Shown: positions 12,976-25,572, counted from the stretch's first letter. The stretch: DNA of 64,000 bases from Leucoraja ocellata (GCA_036785375.1 JAWMAR010001524.1:124001-188000); one strand, 5' to 3'. Numbers and translations: made by a program. The notes: a model not told the origin generated them from the sequence alone.

Positions 12976-13535
12976 TACTGATTCCTACAGTCACACAGAC
13001 CTCTGTCAGAATAACAACATTAACAAATAATCCAAGTTTGTCCAACGTCTCTTGTACATGTGTCATGTAAACAAAGACTGCAATTATGTCATTATGATGT
13101 AAGCGCCAGTTGTTCACCCCTTGTTGCTGTTAGTCCCTTAGGTGAACATCATTGTAACTGCTGCTCCGGCTGATCTCGAGTTACTGCAGCGGTTAGAAAT
13201 GTGGCTGGACTTATTTACAGTCCAGCTTCATAACATGCCCAGTATTGCAAATCTTTGCAACCTTCTGCCCCTGAGGGCTGCCAATGCTGAATTGTTGAAT
13301 GCATTGATAGCTGAGATCAGTGGATCAGTGGACACAAGGGAATTGAAGAGTAGAAGGAAAGTGGACAAGCATGAGATCAGTCTTTATCCTATATACTGAA
13401 TCCTGGCATCATTTGACCAATGAATTATCTACTTGTACATGTACCCGACTATACTGACATTGAGAACACATTCTCAGAACACAAATGCACTAACAACAGG
13501 AATACATGGATGCACATCTGAGGAACAAGTGTATA

Positions 13536-13980
13536 CAGTGCCCCGCATAATGTTTGGGACAAAGACCCATCATTTATTTATTTGCCTCTGTACTGCACAT
13601 ATTGAGATTTGTAATAGAAAAAATCACTAATGGTTAAAGTGCACATTGTTAGATTTTAATAAAGGCCATTTTTTATACATTTTGGTTTCACCATGTAGAA
13701 ATGACAGCAGTGTTTATACATAGTCTGCCATTTCAGGGCTCTATAATGTTTGGGGCACATGGCTTCACAGGTGTTTGTAATTGCTCAGGTGTGTTTGATT
13801 GCCTCCTTACTGCAGGTACAAGAGAGCTCTCAGCACCTCGTCTTTCCTCCAATTTTTCTATCAACTGTGGAATCCACATTTTTATTGCTGTTATTGCAAC
13901 ATGAGGACCAAAATGTGCCAGTGAAAGTCAAAGAAGCCGTTATGAGACTGAGCAACAAGAATAAAACTGTTAGAGACATC
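13536..13980 (+). mobile_element. Tc1-like transposon left end with transposase start (truncated)
   Basis: TA|CAGTG terminus; direct repeat ATAATGTTTGGG at about 13547 and 13743 (IR/DR type); ATG at 13901 then frameshifted PVKVKEAVMRLSNKNKTVRDI (paired-like HTH start). Confidence 0.8.
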
Positions 13981-14159
13981 AGTGTAGAGCGATATAACAC
14001 AGAAACAATCCTTTCAGCCCACCGTGTCTGCACTGGCTATCAACCGCCCATTCACACAACACCTACATTATTCCCATTTTCTTCTCTGCACATTCCCATT
14101 AATTCCACCCAGATTCTACCATTCACTTAAATCATAGGTACAATAAACCTAAACCTCTT

Positions 14160-14955
14160 ATTGACATCTTGAAGTACAGTAGATACCAACAAGTTTCAGG
14201 CAGTTTGAAGTGTGTCTGTCAACGAGTTGATGATCTTCCATCAACACTTGATTTGTCATGGTATATATCCCTGGGAACGACACATTGATCAGAGAGTCTC
14301 CTGCTACTTTGCTGCTCGGCATGAACCTCGACCTGCTTCCTCCTCCAGACGTTTTTTGCCAATCCACTGTATACAAAGTGGTGGTGACTGACTCTTCCTC
14401 ATCACAGCTGTCCCAAGGCAGTGGGTGTTGGGATTGAGACTCTGACTGCGCAAGGCGGGTTCCTCTTACCGCCAGCCAATCGGATCTTGGTTCTTGTTGG
14501 TGAGTTCAGACGATGAGACGGTCTGCAAAATGGTTTCGACAATCTGCTCAGATGACCATCCCACATAATCTATCGAGTCCTTGTCTCACAGTATCTGCAG
14601 GATGTTCCAAACTGACTATTGTCCAATGAACCTGTGGTCAGAGGTGTTATTCTGAAAGATGCTTTTCCACAAAGGACAAGTGCAGCAATATCCAACCGAC
14701 TGGGACATTATGTGGTGCAAGGCCAGGTCCATCTCAGCATGGAGTGACACCAGGTGCTGGTGTACTCTGGTTCTATGTATCGCCTGATGCAGCCATGCAC
14801 AAAGGTGGCCATCAGGTCGAGGGCTATGATGGTTTAACTTACCCCCTTCTTATGCTTTCTTCGGACTTGTACACCATGGTATGTCAGGTGCGCTGCATCA
14901 GGTGCCTACCACAGCAGAGGATTAGGGAACAGGCCACATCTGCACCACGTTCAGT
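14160..14955 (-). mobile_element. L1/Tx1-clade LINE C-terminal fragment
   Basis: Reverse translation shows SSELTNKNQD..WLAVRG, EEESVTT, DSLINVSFPG and KIINS remnants of the Tx1 zf-RVT region. Confidence 0.65.
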
Positions 14956-14964
14956 AACATGCAC

Positions 14965-15272
14965 TAGCACAATGGTGAAGCTGCAGCCTCGCAGTGCAAG
15001 AGATCCAGGTTTAATCCTGACTTCGGGTGCAGTCTGTGTGGAGTTTGCACGTTCTCCCTGTGACCACGTGGGTTTCCTCCAGGTGCTCTGGTTTCCTCCC
15101 ACATCCCAAAGAAGTACGGGTTTGTAGGTTGATTGGCCTCTGTAAATATCTCCCTGGTGTGGATGAGAAAGGGGGATAAAAATAGAACTAAGTTTGAACA
15201 GGTAATCAATGGTCAGTGTGGTCCCGGTGGGCCGAATGGCCTATGTTCGTGTTGTATCTCTAAACTCTAAAC
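14965..15272 (+). mobile_element. V-SINE (HE1-like)
   Basis: tRNA-like head, V-domain TGTGTGGAGTTTGCACGTTCTCCCTGTGACCACGTGGGTTTCCTCC, CR1-like tail with CTAAAC repeats. Confidence 0.85.
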
Positions 15273-16034
15273 ATCAAGTGCACACATCAGTTCTTGCCTG
15301 CCATCGAACTCCCACAGTCCCAATTTTTATCTGCTCAGGATAATGTCTATGTTCTTTAACTATTGTTTATCTCTAAGTCACCAAACATAGAACTATACAG
15401 CACAGGAACAAGCCCATTGCCCCACTATATTTGTGCTGGCCAAGATACCAATTTAAACTGCACCCATTGAGCAGGCACCACACTCTGTATAAAAAAAAAC
15501 TTGCTGTGCACATCTCCTTTAAACTTTCCCCCTCTGATTTTAAAGTTGTGACATTTGACATTTCCCCCAAAATTCTCTCTATCCTATTTATGCTTCTCAT
15601 AATTTTATATACTTCTCTTAGGTTCCTATTGAGTGTAATATTCACTGATGTTGGATAAAAAAGTACTGCAAGAAAATGATGAATTTATAGGGCGCCAGGG
15701 AAAAAGAACCAATGTTTGTTAAGAATACACTCTTGTTAGTGTTGAACTGCTGATGCTAAAATTGCACTATTGCTCTGGACCATCAGACCGAGTCATACTT
15801 GACTCCAGGGAGTCACATTGTGAAATGTTGTCTGACTTTTTGATTTTGCTTTCAAGGTTCTGCAAAATGTTCGGGTTCGTTTCAGAACACCAACTCAAGA
15901 TTGTCCTTTGCTGGTGGAGCCACCATTTGTTGTGGTCACCTGGAATTGTTTTGTTACCGTTTAGCCGACTGTATGTCCAGGTGTTGCTGCTTCCTGTGAC
16001 ATAGTTTCTAATTCCCATTTCTGTCTTTCTCCAG

Positions 16035-16094
16035 AGGCTGGCCAAGGCTGCGGAGCTATTTCAGAAGGAGCATCGCTGGCAGGATGATATTAAG
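16035..16094 (+). CDS. CACNA2D2: Calcium channel alpha2delta-2 subunit, internal coding exon (60 bp, phase 0/0; equivalent to human exon 4 as recalled)
   Basis: Branch-like CTAAT at 16008, pyrimidine tract ttttctgtctttctccAG, donor AAG|GTACGA; peptide [20 protein letters not shown] versus recalled human [20 protein letters not shown]. Confidence 0.92.
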
Positions 16095-16354
16095 GTACGA
16101 CGGTTGCAATTTTACAGGTTGCTATAGGGCATCTTTATTCTCTCATTTATTTTAAGGGGCTACCTTCTTCTTCTTCACATCCAACAGGTTTGCCCACTAT
16201 GGGATTATTTATTTTGCAACTTGGTTGGTTGTAAAGATACTGTTACAGAGCAGATTTATTCAGTACTGCATAGAACCAGTAATAAATGTGATACAATAGA
16301 TTTATGGTGAGAATTCAATCATTCATTTGTTTTGAGAGCTAGTGGTGACTGCCA

Positions 16355-17255
16355 AAGTTTTCTGGCATTTTTCCTGGATTTTAGTAAGGCATCTGAAAAT
16401 GTATCCAAGGGTAGGCTGATCCAGAAGATTAAAACGCACAAAATTAACAGTGACTTGATCAGATGGATTCAGGACTGGCTTAATGATAGAAGACAGACAG
16501 ATGTGGTGAAAGGACGATATTCAGGTTGGAGGTCTGTGACTAGTGGAGTTCCACTGTGCTCTGTGCTGGGACCTCCGATGTTTGTGATATATATAAATGA
16601 CTCGGACGTAAATATGGACAGGTTTGGATAGTACATTTGTAGATGATACCAAGATAACTGTGATCACGGACTGTGAGGAAGATAGTCAAGGTATACAGCG
16701 GGATATAGATCAGCTACAGAAATGGGCAGAAAAATGGCAGATGGAGTTCAGCGCGAGCAAGTGTGCACTTTGGGAGGTCAAATATAAGGGGAAAATATAC
16801 AATTAATGGCATGACAACATCATTGATGTACAGAGGGATCTTGGAGTACAAATCCATAGCTCCCTAAAATGATGGTGCAGTAGATTTGCTGCCTTAGAGC
16901 ACTGGAGACTTGGGTGCTGTTTGTACGGAGTTTGTATGTTCTCCCTGTGATCGCATTGGTTTTCTCTGCTTTCCTCTCACACTCCAAAGACGCACACACA
17001 GGTTTGTAGGTTAATTGGCTTTCTCAAAATTGTAAATTGTCCCTAGTGTATAGGATAGTGCTAGTGGGCCGAAGGGCCTGTTTCCCCGCTGTATCTCTAA
17101 ATTAAACTAAACTAAATTAAGTAGAAAGAGTGATAAATAAGGCATATGGTATGGATTGGATTATTTTCTCTGCAAAACTGGAGGTTGCAGGGAGACCTGA
17201 TAGAAGCATACAAAATTATGAGCGGGATAGATAGGGTAGATAGTCAGAATCTTTT
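16355..17255 (+). mobile_element. CR1 RT fragment split by a V-SINE
   Basis: LDFSKA, SGVPLCSVLGPPMFVIYIND, FVDDTK, WAEKWQMEF. Confidence 0.88.
16870..17118 (+). mobile_element. V-SINE
   Basis: V-domain GTACGGAGTTTGTATGTTCTCCCTGTGA; tail (CTAAA)n. Confidence 0.8.
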
Positions 17256-17974
17256 GTCTGCAGTCTGCAGTAAAAGGGAAATACTTGAAAAATTAAACAG
17301 CAAGTAAGATGATGTCCTCATCCTTAACATGCATCAAATGTAGATTACCAACTCTCTAGAGTTATCCTGGACTCTGGAATTTGTAGACTATGCTCCAATG
17401 CAAGTCATCCAAGGGAAGATTATTTTTCTGCATTTTCATGGAACTCATTAATTTACAGAAAATGATCTGAGATAAAGAGAAAGGTTCTTGGTGAAAAAAT
17501 ACTGAATGATGTAATGAAGGCACATTTAGTGCAGAATTCATTGCTTCCTTTTGCTTCCCAATTCTCAGTCAGAGAAAATGCTGGAGGTACTCAGCTGCTT
17601 AGACAGCACCTGAGGAGAGAGGAATACATTTCTGTTTCAGGGAGTTCCAGAGACAAAATTCAATGTCCCAACAGGGCAGAGGTGAATCGGATTGAACTCT
17701 AGCTTATGGAAGGAGCATTCAGAAGCTTGGTAACAGATGAGAAAAAGCTGTTCCTGAAGATGACGGTTCGTGCTTTCAAGCTTCTTATATTTTCTGCCTG
17801 ATGGGAGAGGGGAGAAGAAGGAATGACCGGCATAAGAAAGGGCTTTGATTATGTTTCTTTCTTTCCCGAGGCAGCATGAAGTGTAGATGGAAACAATGAT
17901 GGGAAGCCTGGTCTGTGTGATGGACTGGGATACAGCTATAACTACTTGAAATTTCTTGCGGACTTGGGCAGATC

Positions 17975-18310
17975 TGTTCATGGTTAGAGAAGGTGCATGT
18001 GAACTTCTGTCTCACCTGGAACGGCTGCTGAGGTCCTTGGACAGATGTGAGGGAGGATGTAGGGACATGTGTTACATCTCGGAAAAAGTATCTGGGCAGA
18101 TGAAAGTTTGGGATGGAAGGGATGAATAAATCACGGAGATGCAGAGGGAGTACAGAAAGTGGAAAGTGGTGGGGACGAGAACATTTGACTCGTGGTGGGA
18201 TCACGTTGAAGATGGTGAAAATGTTACAGAATGATGTGTTGGATGCAAAGGCTGGTTGGGTGAAAAGTAAGGACCATGGGAACTCTTTTCTTGTTCCAGT
18301 GAAAAGATAA
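17975..18310 (-). mobile_element. Penelope-like element fragment
   Basis: QGPQQPFQVRQKFTCTFSN matches the GIY-YIG-proximal region of the 22120-23478 copy. Confidence 0.8.
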
Positions 18311-18334
18311 CACATTTAAAAGACAAGACACTAG

Positions 18335-18557
18335 CATGGGCGGAAAACCCAGGGGGGGCCAGAGGGGACACGTCCCCCCCATGTTTTGAAAGGTGGGGGA
18401 CATCCCCCCCAAGTTTTTGTGATCCCGATTTTAAAATCTCCGCTTTTAGCACTGGATTGAGCCTCCAAAGCCTCGCGCAAGTGTGTGAGTGTGTGCATGC
18501 ACGTGTGGCTGCCAAAAAATTGTCCCCTCCATGTTTTGATAGCGAGTTCTGCTCTTG
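18335..18557. mobile_element. hAT-type MITE
   Basis: Exact 8-bp TSD GACACTAG (18327-18334 and 18558-18565); imperfect TIR CATGGGCGGAA / TTCTGCTCTTG; subterminal GTCCCCCC repeats. Confidence 0.8.
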
Positions 18558-19544
18558 GACACTAGTACAAACACAGTTAGAAAACAATCAAGTCCATGGT
18601 AATGCAAAAGGTCTGGTGTCCCAGTTCCGAGGTAAGATTACTGTTGCGTGATTTTCCATGGCAGTCCTGGGGAAAATAGCTGTTCTTGAACCTGGTAGTG
18701 TTGGACGTCTGGCTTCTGCACCTTCTGCCTAATGATAGCAGTGAAAAGAGAGAAGATGGTGTGGAAGCTTGATGATAGATGCCGCTTTCTTGAGGGAGGG
18801 AGCATTGTGAAATATGTGGGGAAACACAGGTCTTGTCCACTTGCAATTTGTTTAACTATGCTCCTGAAAGGAATTTGAAATCCCTTCTTGCAGTTTATGT
18901 GGCTTGAAGTACCAGAAACAAAAAGCAGTATTGTTCCTAAAACATTGGCAAATTTTCTATTAGCAGATGCTAATTGAACCATCTGCTGTAGATATAGTGT
19001 TTGGGATTTGTCCATAAATTTACCAGATCAGAGTTTAATCATTGCTTTTGTGCAGTTGTCTGCTTTTTGCATTTACAATAATGACAACTGCACCAGTTGT
19101 GCTTTTATTGCTACTGGTTGAAATACTTCTCAACAAAGTTAGCGGCTTAAAAGCACTGGCATTCTCAAATATGCAAACCATACAATTTTAATGTCCTTGA
19201 GACGAGCGCTTTCCTAACTGAGACTTTATTGAATGCTTCTGGGGCTATTCCAACATCCACCTTCAGGCAGCATTTAGAGGGAGCTCAGGTAAAAAAGGAA
19301 GAGCAATAGTGGTCGAAACTGGAGAGAGTTGATGGGTGTGTCGGGAGAATAAAAGGTGGAATTCATGTAGGAGTAGTGAAAATGGGCAGTTGGTACTCAA
19401 AGTGGACTGCATCGGCTGAAGGGTCTGTTTCTGTGCCATATGTCTCTCTGACTCTGACTAATGCATGATATTCTTTGTAGAAAACTCACATTGTATTTCA
19501 TGACAAACATGTGGTGTCATCTGAAAATAAACCATGAAGCCACG

Positions 19545-19757
19545 GATTTGGTTCCAGATTCTCCCTCACACCCACATACTCGATACAATTTACAGTGACC
19601 AACTAACCTACCGACATGCATGCCTAGGATGTGGGAGGAAACTGGAGGTCCCGGAGGAAGCGCATGGTCACACGTGCAAATTCCACAGAGGCAGCACTGG
19701 AGGTCAGGATGGAACCTGGGTCGCTGAAGCTTTGATCTGCTGCACCATTGTGCTACC
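19545..19757 (-). mobile_element. V-SINE
   Basis: Reverse V-domain ggatgtgggaggaaactggag..ccggaggaagcgcatggtcaca. Confidence 0.75.
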
Positions 19758-20194
19758 CAAGTCATTAAAGTCATAACTGTGCAATGGAATTAAAATATAA
19801 CAAATGCCCCAATTAATTTGAAATGATAGGTGATCATCCTTGAAGTTGATGCTTGTATAACACCACAGGGATCAATGCCTGACCCCAGGTGTGTAGGGGA
19901 ATGGGAACGAAATGCTGCTATAATTAATTCTGTTTATCCTTTGGCCAACATAATTTAATAGATTGTGCCATTATTTTCATTACCATTGCAGAATATTGTG
20001 CACTCGATCTATGGATTTTCCTTTATTTTAACACAGATGTACTAAATTGACCATGAAATTGTGTAAAATGCTTTATGGTTTTTATTCATTTCTCTGGCCG
20101 TGATATGTGTATACTCCACAATTCTGACACCTTTCCTCTCCTGGGATCTCCATCTTCATATCGTCTCCACTGTACATAACTTTGCAGCACACTG

Positions 20195-20757
20195 TCCATG
20201 GGTCAATGGTTCTTTATTGTCATGTATGCACAGCGCAGTGAAATTCTCTTGCACAACCACAAGTGCACAATCTCTGTATTTGACAAAGAAGGCTTCAAAG
20301 TCCAAAGTTTGGTCCACATGCTGGAAGAACTGGAGCGCCCCCGATTCAGGTAAGTCTCAGGCTACTGCAGGCCGCGACCTGGCTTCCCTGTCATCGCCCA
20401 ACCACCTTTGTGCCCCAGGAGCAGCCGACCATGAAGGCGCTCCTTCCGGCCCACTCATCACGTCCATCATCACCAGCCGCTCCTCCCTTGACTCTCCAGT
20501 CTTCAGGGCTTCTGAGCTTCCCCCAGTGGGCAGCGGCCTGCAGGGCCATACTTCACAGCAGCGCACCAGGCCTGACACTGCACGTGGCCACGGGTGACCT
20601 GCCAGATCTTCGTTCCCGGTGACCGCTGGATCGTTGTTCTTGTCATGCATCCTTGTTCTGGGTGAGCCGGCGGGTTTGTGTTGTCATCAGCCGCCAGGCC
20701 CCTCCTTGTTCTCGGTGGGACGCCAGTTGGTTGCGGTCCGTTCCTTTACCTCGCGTG
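20195..20757 (-). mobile_element. GC-rich non-coding retroposon with LINE-like 3' tail
   Basis: Reverse tail AATTTCACTG..CATGACAATAAAG resembles the Rex/L2-type tails elsewhere in the window; CpG-rich body with no RT motifs. Confidence 0.5.
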
Positions 20758-20964
20758 ATTCCAGGTGCTGGAATCTTGAGCAAATCACAAAGTACTGAAG
20801 GAATTCAGCTGATCAGGCAGCATCTGTGGAGGGAATGGATAGACAATGTTTTTGCTCGGGACCCTTCTTCAGATTTAGTATGTGTGACGATAGTATGTTG
20901 TAACCTTCCTGAGGACATATGCAAGACAAAGGCAAAATGTCATTGTCTTGGAAATATAAAGTAA

Positions 20965-21460
20965 GGTTTTTGATGGTCTTGACAGGGCTAAAGAATCTGA
21001 ACACATCCTGGCTGGCAATAGGTTGCTGGATCTCCTGCCTCTTTCCATGCACCGTCTGTTCTTTCGGTCCAAAAATTGATATCGTTCTTCTTGGACCTAT
21101 TTTCTTTTTCTTCGGGAATGATGGCGTTTCCAATCCAAGATTACCCAGCGTTTGATATCTTGGTCATACTCATCGAGCCAGTCCCGGTGTTTTCTGTCGC
21201 TCCACAGATGCAAATGATGGTGGACTGCAGCAATCGAAATGCCATGGACATTGTGGGATAAAGGGAGTTGAGAACTAACACTTCCTCAAAATGAGTGGGC
21301 TCCATAATCAAGGCCCCAAATCTGAATGCTGAGCAGCATATGGGGCAGATAGAGAGGAGTTCAGGTGGTGCAGGAGCGACAATTTGAAAGGCAAAGTGAG
21401 ATATGAATATATTGGCAGGTGTAATTGAGGAAAACCATGCCTCTGATATGGATATGCGTT
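20965..21460 (-). mobile_element. RTE-clade LINE fragment (APE-RT linker)
   Basis: Reverse translation RKHRDWLDEYDQDI and QEIQQ..SQDVFRFFSPVKTI resemble RTE 'RKHQDWFDEND' and 'EIQ..D..FF..LK'. Confidence 0.6.
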
Positions 21461-21524
21461 CAACTAAACCTTTAGGAGCAGCACAGTTTTGTGAGAATTT
21501 ATGCCAAAGAGTGAGAGAGACGTC

Positions 21525-21760
21525 AGTTCTAATCCTGATCGTGAGAGCATGGGTTTCCCCGGTCTCTCCGGTTTCTTCCCACATCCTAAGGATGTGTGGG
21601 TCAGTAGGTTAATTGTCCACTGTAATTTGCAGCTAGAACTGGTAAAATCTGGAGGAAATTGATGGAAATGTGGAGAAAACAAATGATGGATTAGATTAGG
21701 ATTAGTGTAAATGGGTGGTTGATGGTCATGGGCCGAAGAGCCTGTTTCTGTGTTGTGGGA
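21525..21760 (+). mobile_element. V-SINE fragment
   Basis: gcatgggtttccccggtctctccggtttcttcccacatcc V-domain plus CR1-type tail. Confidence 0.7.
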
Positions 21761-22119
21761 TTTGATAACTCTGCCTGCTGTCCAACTTTGTTGAATCATA
21801 CCTTGTTTGGGTGAAATTGTGGATCACCCATTTTAGAACTTTTACGCTTGGTTCATCTCTTGCCCTTTTCATAATTATGTTAAATTACCTAAAATTAACA
21901 TCATCAAAGTTGTCTCCCACTGCTTCTGCTTGCTTTGCGCAGTTCACTGAAACTAGTGCCAAAACTGATCCCTCTTGCGTTAGGTTTTTGCTGACATAGG
22001 TTCTCAAAAATGCAGGTTAAGAACTCCTCACTTTGCACCACTTCTATCGCAGTCGTTGGGATGGCTTTACGTCGACACTCATAAACCATGAAATATACTT
22101 TTTGGTATTCACTGCAGGA

Positions 22120-23478
22120 ATCTAGAAACATTAGGGAGATGTCGGAGATACTCCAAGAGAATTTGAGTGCCAGATGGAAATTAGTCGTGAAGTTGATGAA
22201 GTCAGTGAGTTCTGCATGAGTGCAGGAGGTAGCACCGATGCAGTCGTTAATGTAACGGAGGTAGAGTTCGGGGATAGGGCCAGTACACCTGGAACAGTGA
22301 TTGTTCGATGTACCCTACACAAAGGCAGTGGTCAAATTCACTTGGATCATCTCCGACATCTCCCTACCGTTTCTAGATCTCACCTTCTCCTTCACAGGAG
22401 ACAGACTATCGACTGACATCTATTACAAACCCACTGACATCTATAGCTATCTAGACTACACTTCTTCCCATCCTGCTTCCTATAAAGACTTTATCCCCTA
22501 CTACCAATTCCTCTGTCTATGCCGCATCTGTGCCCAGGATGAGGTGTTCCATACCAGGTAATTGGAGATGTCCTCATTCTTTAGGGAACATGGGTTCCCC
22601 TCTTCCATTATAGATGAGGCTCTCACTAGGGTCTCCTCGACATCCCACAGCTCCCCCTTCCCCCATTCAAAACAAGGACAGAGTTCCCCTTCTCCTCACC
22701 ATCTTCCCCATCAAGGGTCGCATACAGCACATAATCCTCCAACATTTTTGCCACCTCCAACGGGATCCCACTACTAGCCACATCTTCCCATCTACACACC
22801 TTTCTGCTTTCCGCAGAGACCATTCCCTCCGCAACTCCCTGGTTAACTCGTCCCTGCCCACCAAAACCACCCCCCTCCCCAGGTACTTTCCCTTGCAACC
22901 GCAGGAGATGCAACACCTGTCCCTTTAGCTCCCCCCTCGACTCCATCCAAGGGCCCCAACAGTTTTTTCAGGTGAGGCAGAGGTTCACTTGCACCTCCTC
23001 CAACCTCATCTACTATATCCACTGTTCCAGGTATCAACTTGTGTACATCGGTGAGACCATGCGCAGGTTCGGCGATCATTTCGCTGAACACCTCCGCTCA
23101 GTCTGCCTTAACCTACCTGATCTCCCGGTTGCTCAGCACTTTAACTCCCCGTCCCATTCCCAATCTGACCTTTCTGTCCTGGGCCTCCTCCATTGTCAGA
23201 GTGAGGCCCAGTGCAAATTGGAGGAACAGCACCTCATGTTTTGCTTGGGTAGTTTACACCCCAGCGGTATGAACATTGACTTCTCTAACTTCAAGTAGCT
23301 CTAACATCCCCTCCACCTTTCCAGTTCTCCCACCAGTCTTACTGTCTCTGACTGCATATTATCTCTTTACCGCCCACTCCCCTGACATCAGTCTGAAGAA
23401 GTCTCGACCCGAAACGTCACCCATTCCTTCTCTCCAGAGTTGCTTCCTATCCCACTGAGTTACACCAGCATTTTGCAT
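22120..23478 (+). mobile_element. Penelope-like element (RT thumb, GIY-YIG endonuclease and pLTR) with inverted 5' segment
   Basis: LPFLDL, TDIYYKPTD, FTCTSSNLIYYIHC..YIGET..RFGDHFAEH (GIY-YIG); 22120-22327 is the RT (LYLRYINDCIG) in the opposite orientation. Confidence 0.92.
23389..23421 (+). ncRNA. Minimal hammerhead ribozyme motif (degenerate) in Penelope pLTR
   Basis: CTGAAGA-a-gtctcgaccc-GAAAC-GTC^A; stem II has lost 2 G relative to sibling copies. Confidence 0.6.
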
Positions 23479-24888
23479 CATGTTCAACATGGACATTGTG
23501 GGCCGAAGGGCCTATTCCTGTGCATATAGTATGTATATACTCATCTATATACTATGTACTATGTACTATGTACCCTGTTTGTGTTAATCAACAATGCTTA
23601 TACCTCCATGCTTATATTCCCTGTGGACATGAAATACCCAAATAACAGAGAATCGAAAAATGTACAAAATACAAGTGTCTAACTGAGTGTCGAGTCCTAC
23701 TGCAAAATGTAAACTGAAGTAGGGGAAGCAAATTGCAGATCTTTTTATACAATGTTCCCAAGCCCACACACAATGTCACAGTGCATTCCTGCTCACAGCA
23801 CCTAATTTATAAAATACATATACAGATTCAGCAGCCAGCATGATCCTCAGTTAATTTAAAATTGCATGCTTCAGGCAAATATTTAGAATTAATTACTGCC
23901 CAGTTCTGAGTGCAGTTTGCAGATGCACATCTAGCATTTTTTTCCATCGATGCTTCTCGCTCTCTGTCATTAGGCAACTCCACTCTGACATCCTGTCCTG
24001 TACCAAAGGTTGGCTGCAGAATTTGAATTCAGCAGAGAAAAAAAAGAGGCAAACTGATTATTTGCATCGCTGAGATTATGAGTCAACTCAGGCAGACATT
24101 TCGTGCTTGTATGAAATCTGTTTGTCGCAGTTGGCTGTGTCCAATGACACGAAGAATACCTACTGCGTCACTGGTCAGCACTGGCAAGAGCACTGGTGTT
24201 CACAGTCTTTGTTTAAAGAAGTGATTACAATTAAACACCATCGCCCAGGATTCTGTATCGTTCCTGGGGAGGATTCCTGCTATAAGTATGCAGAGGAGAT
24301 TCTGATGTCTGAACAGCAAAGCAAAGAAAGCACAGCCCATGCTGAGACATGGCATTAGCAGACTAACTCAGTAGATTTGGTTCATCAACGCTGGTCACTC
24401 AGGCATGCTAGTAGCACAGTAGTTACCAGGCCAACAGCCTGACATTTGTCCTGTGGGACAAGCATGGCATTTTCACTCGGGTTGCTTCTCATCACAGACC
24501 ATTGGAGCCCACCTTGCGCTGCAGAATTACCAATCATTTTCCATCAGCTGCTCAGTTTTGTCTTATCTCTTCTTTTCAGGCAATAAGACCAACAAAGGCT
24601 GTTCTTTCAGCAAGTTGTTGGCAGCAGTTCCACAAGTCCTGCAGCTGGCATGCTGAGTACTTATGATCATCGCATCATGGCTATTTAACTTCTTAGCTGC
24701 ACAAGGGATTGGCTGTGTAATAAATGCACCCACAGTTAACAAAGGGGGCAGATGAGCAATGATGTAGATGCACCCGAGCAATTGCCCAGGCTCCTAATCT
24801 TGCCTTTAGCCCTGTATTTACAACATTTCTCAGTTTTTACCTGCTGAACCAAACCTCTAATTTCATTCTTTGATTCCACTGCAACCAC

Positions 24889-25572
24889 TAGGTGGCGCCT
24901 GCAATAGCTGCCTCGCCAACACTGTCTCGTCCCCTCCTGCTTTGTTGTTTTATAGTATATATTAAATGTATGTTTTAGTGTTTTATGTGAGGGGTGGGGG
25001 AAACTTTTTTAATCTCTTACCTCGACGGAGATGCGAGTTATATCTGTGACGCCCGTAGTATGTCTTTGGCTGCACTACGACCTAACATCGTGGAGTTGGC
25101 GGCCTCTTGCTGGAGATCAACTTTGGGAGCCTGCAGGACTTAACATCGCAGAGCTAGCAATCCCTGTCGGGGATCGACCTTGGAGCTCCAACTGCAGGAG
25201 CCTGCGGACTTTAACATCGGAGAGCCGTAGTCCCTGGTTTGAGACTGACTTCGGGAGCTCCAAGCCACAGGAGCTTCGTCCGCCCCGACATGGGAGATTC
25301 GATCGCCCCGACGTGAGAGCTTCGATCGCCGACTGCGGGAGTTTTGTTTGCCCCGACTGCGGGAGAATAAAGAGGAAGTAGATTGGACTTTATTGCCTTC
25401 CATCACTGTGAGGAATGTGGGGGATCTGCCATGGCGGATGTTTATGTTAACTTTTATGTAGTTGTGTCGTCTTGTTGCTTTTTTTAGTATGGCTGTATGG
25501 TAATTCAAGTTTCACTGTGCCTTAATTGGTTCATGTGACAATGAACAGACCTTTGAACTTTTGAACCTTTGA
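24889..25572 (+). mobile_element. GC-rich non-coding retroposon with internal ~22-bp repeats and LINE-like tail
   Basis: Repeats GGAGCTTCGATCGCCCCGAC at about 25270-25365; tail TTTCACTGTGCC..GTGACAATGAA then (CTTTGAA)n. Confidence 0.6.

Noticed and set aside
20100-20597. 165-aa ORF and a perfect CAG|GTAAGT donor at about 20347
   Set aside because: Lies within a GC-rich repeat; low-complexity peptide with no CACNA2D2 similarity
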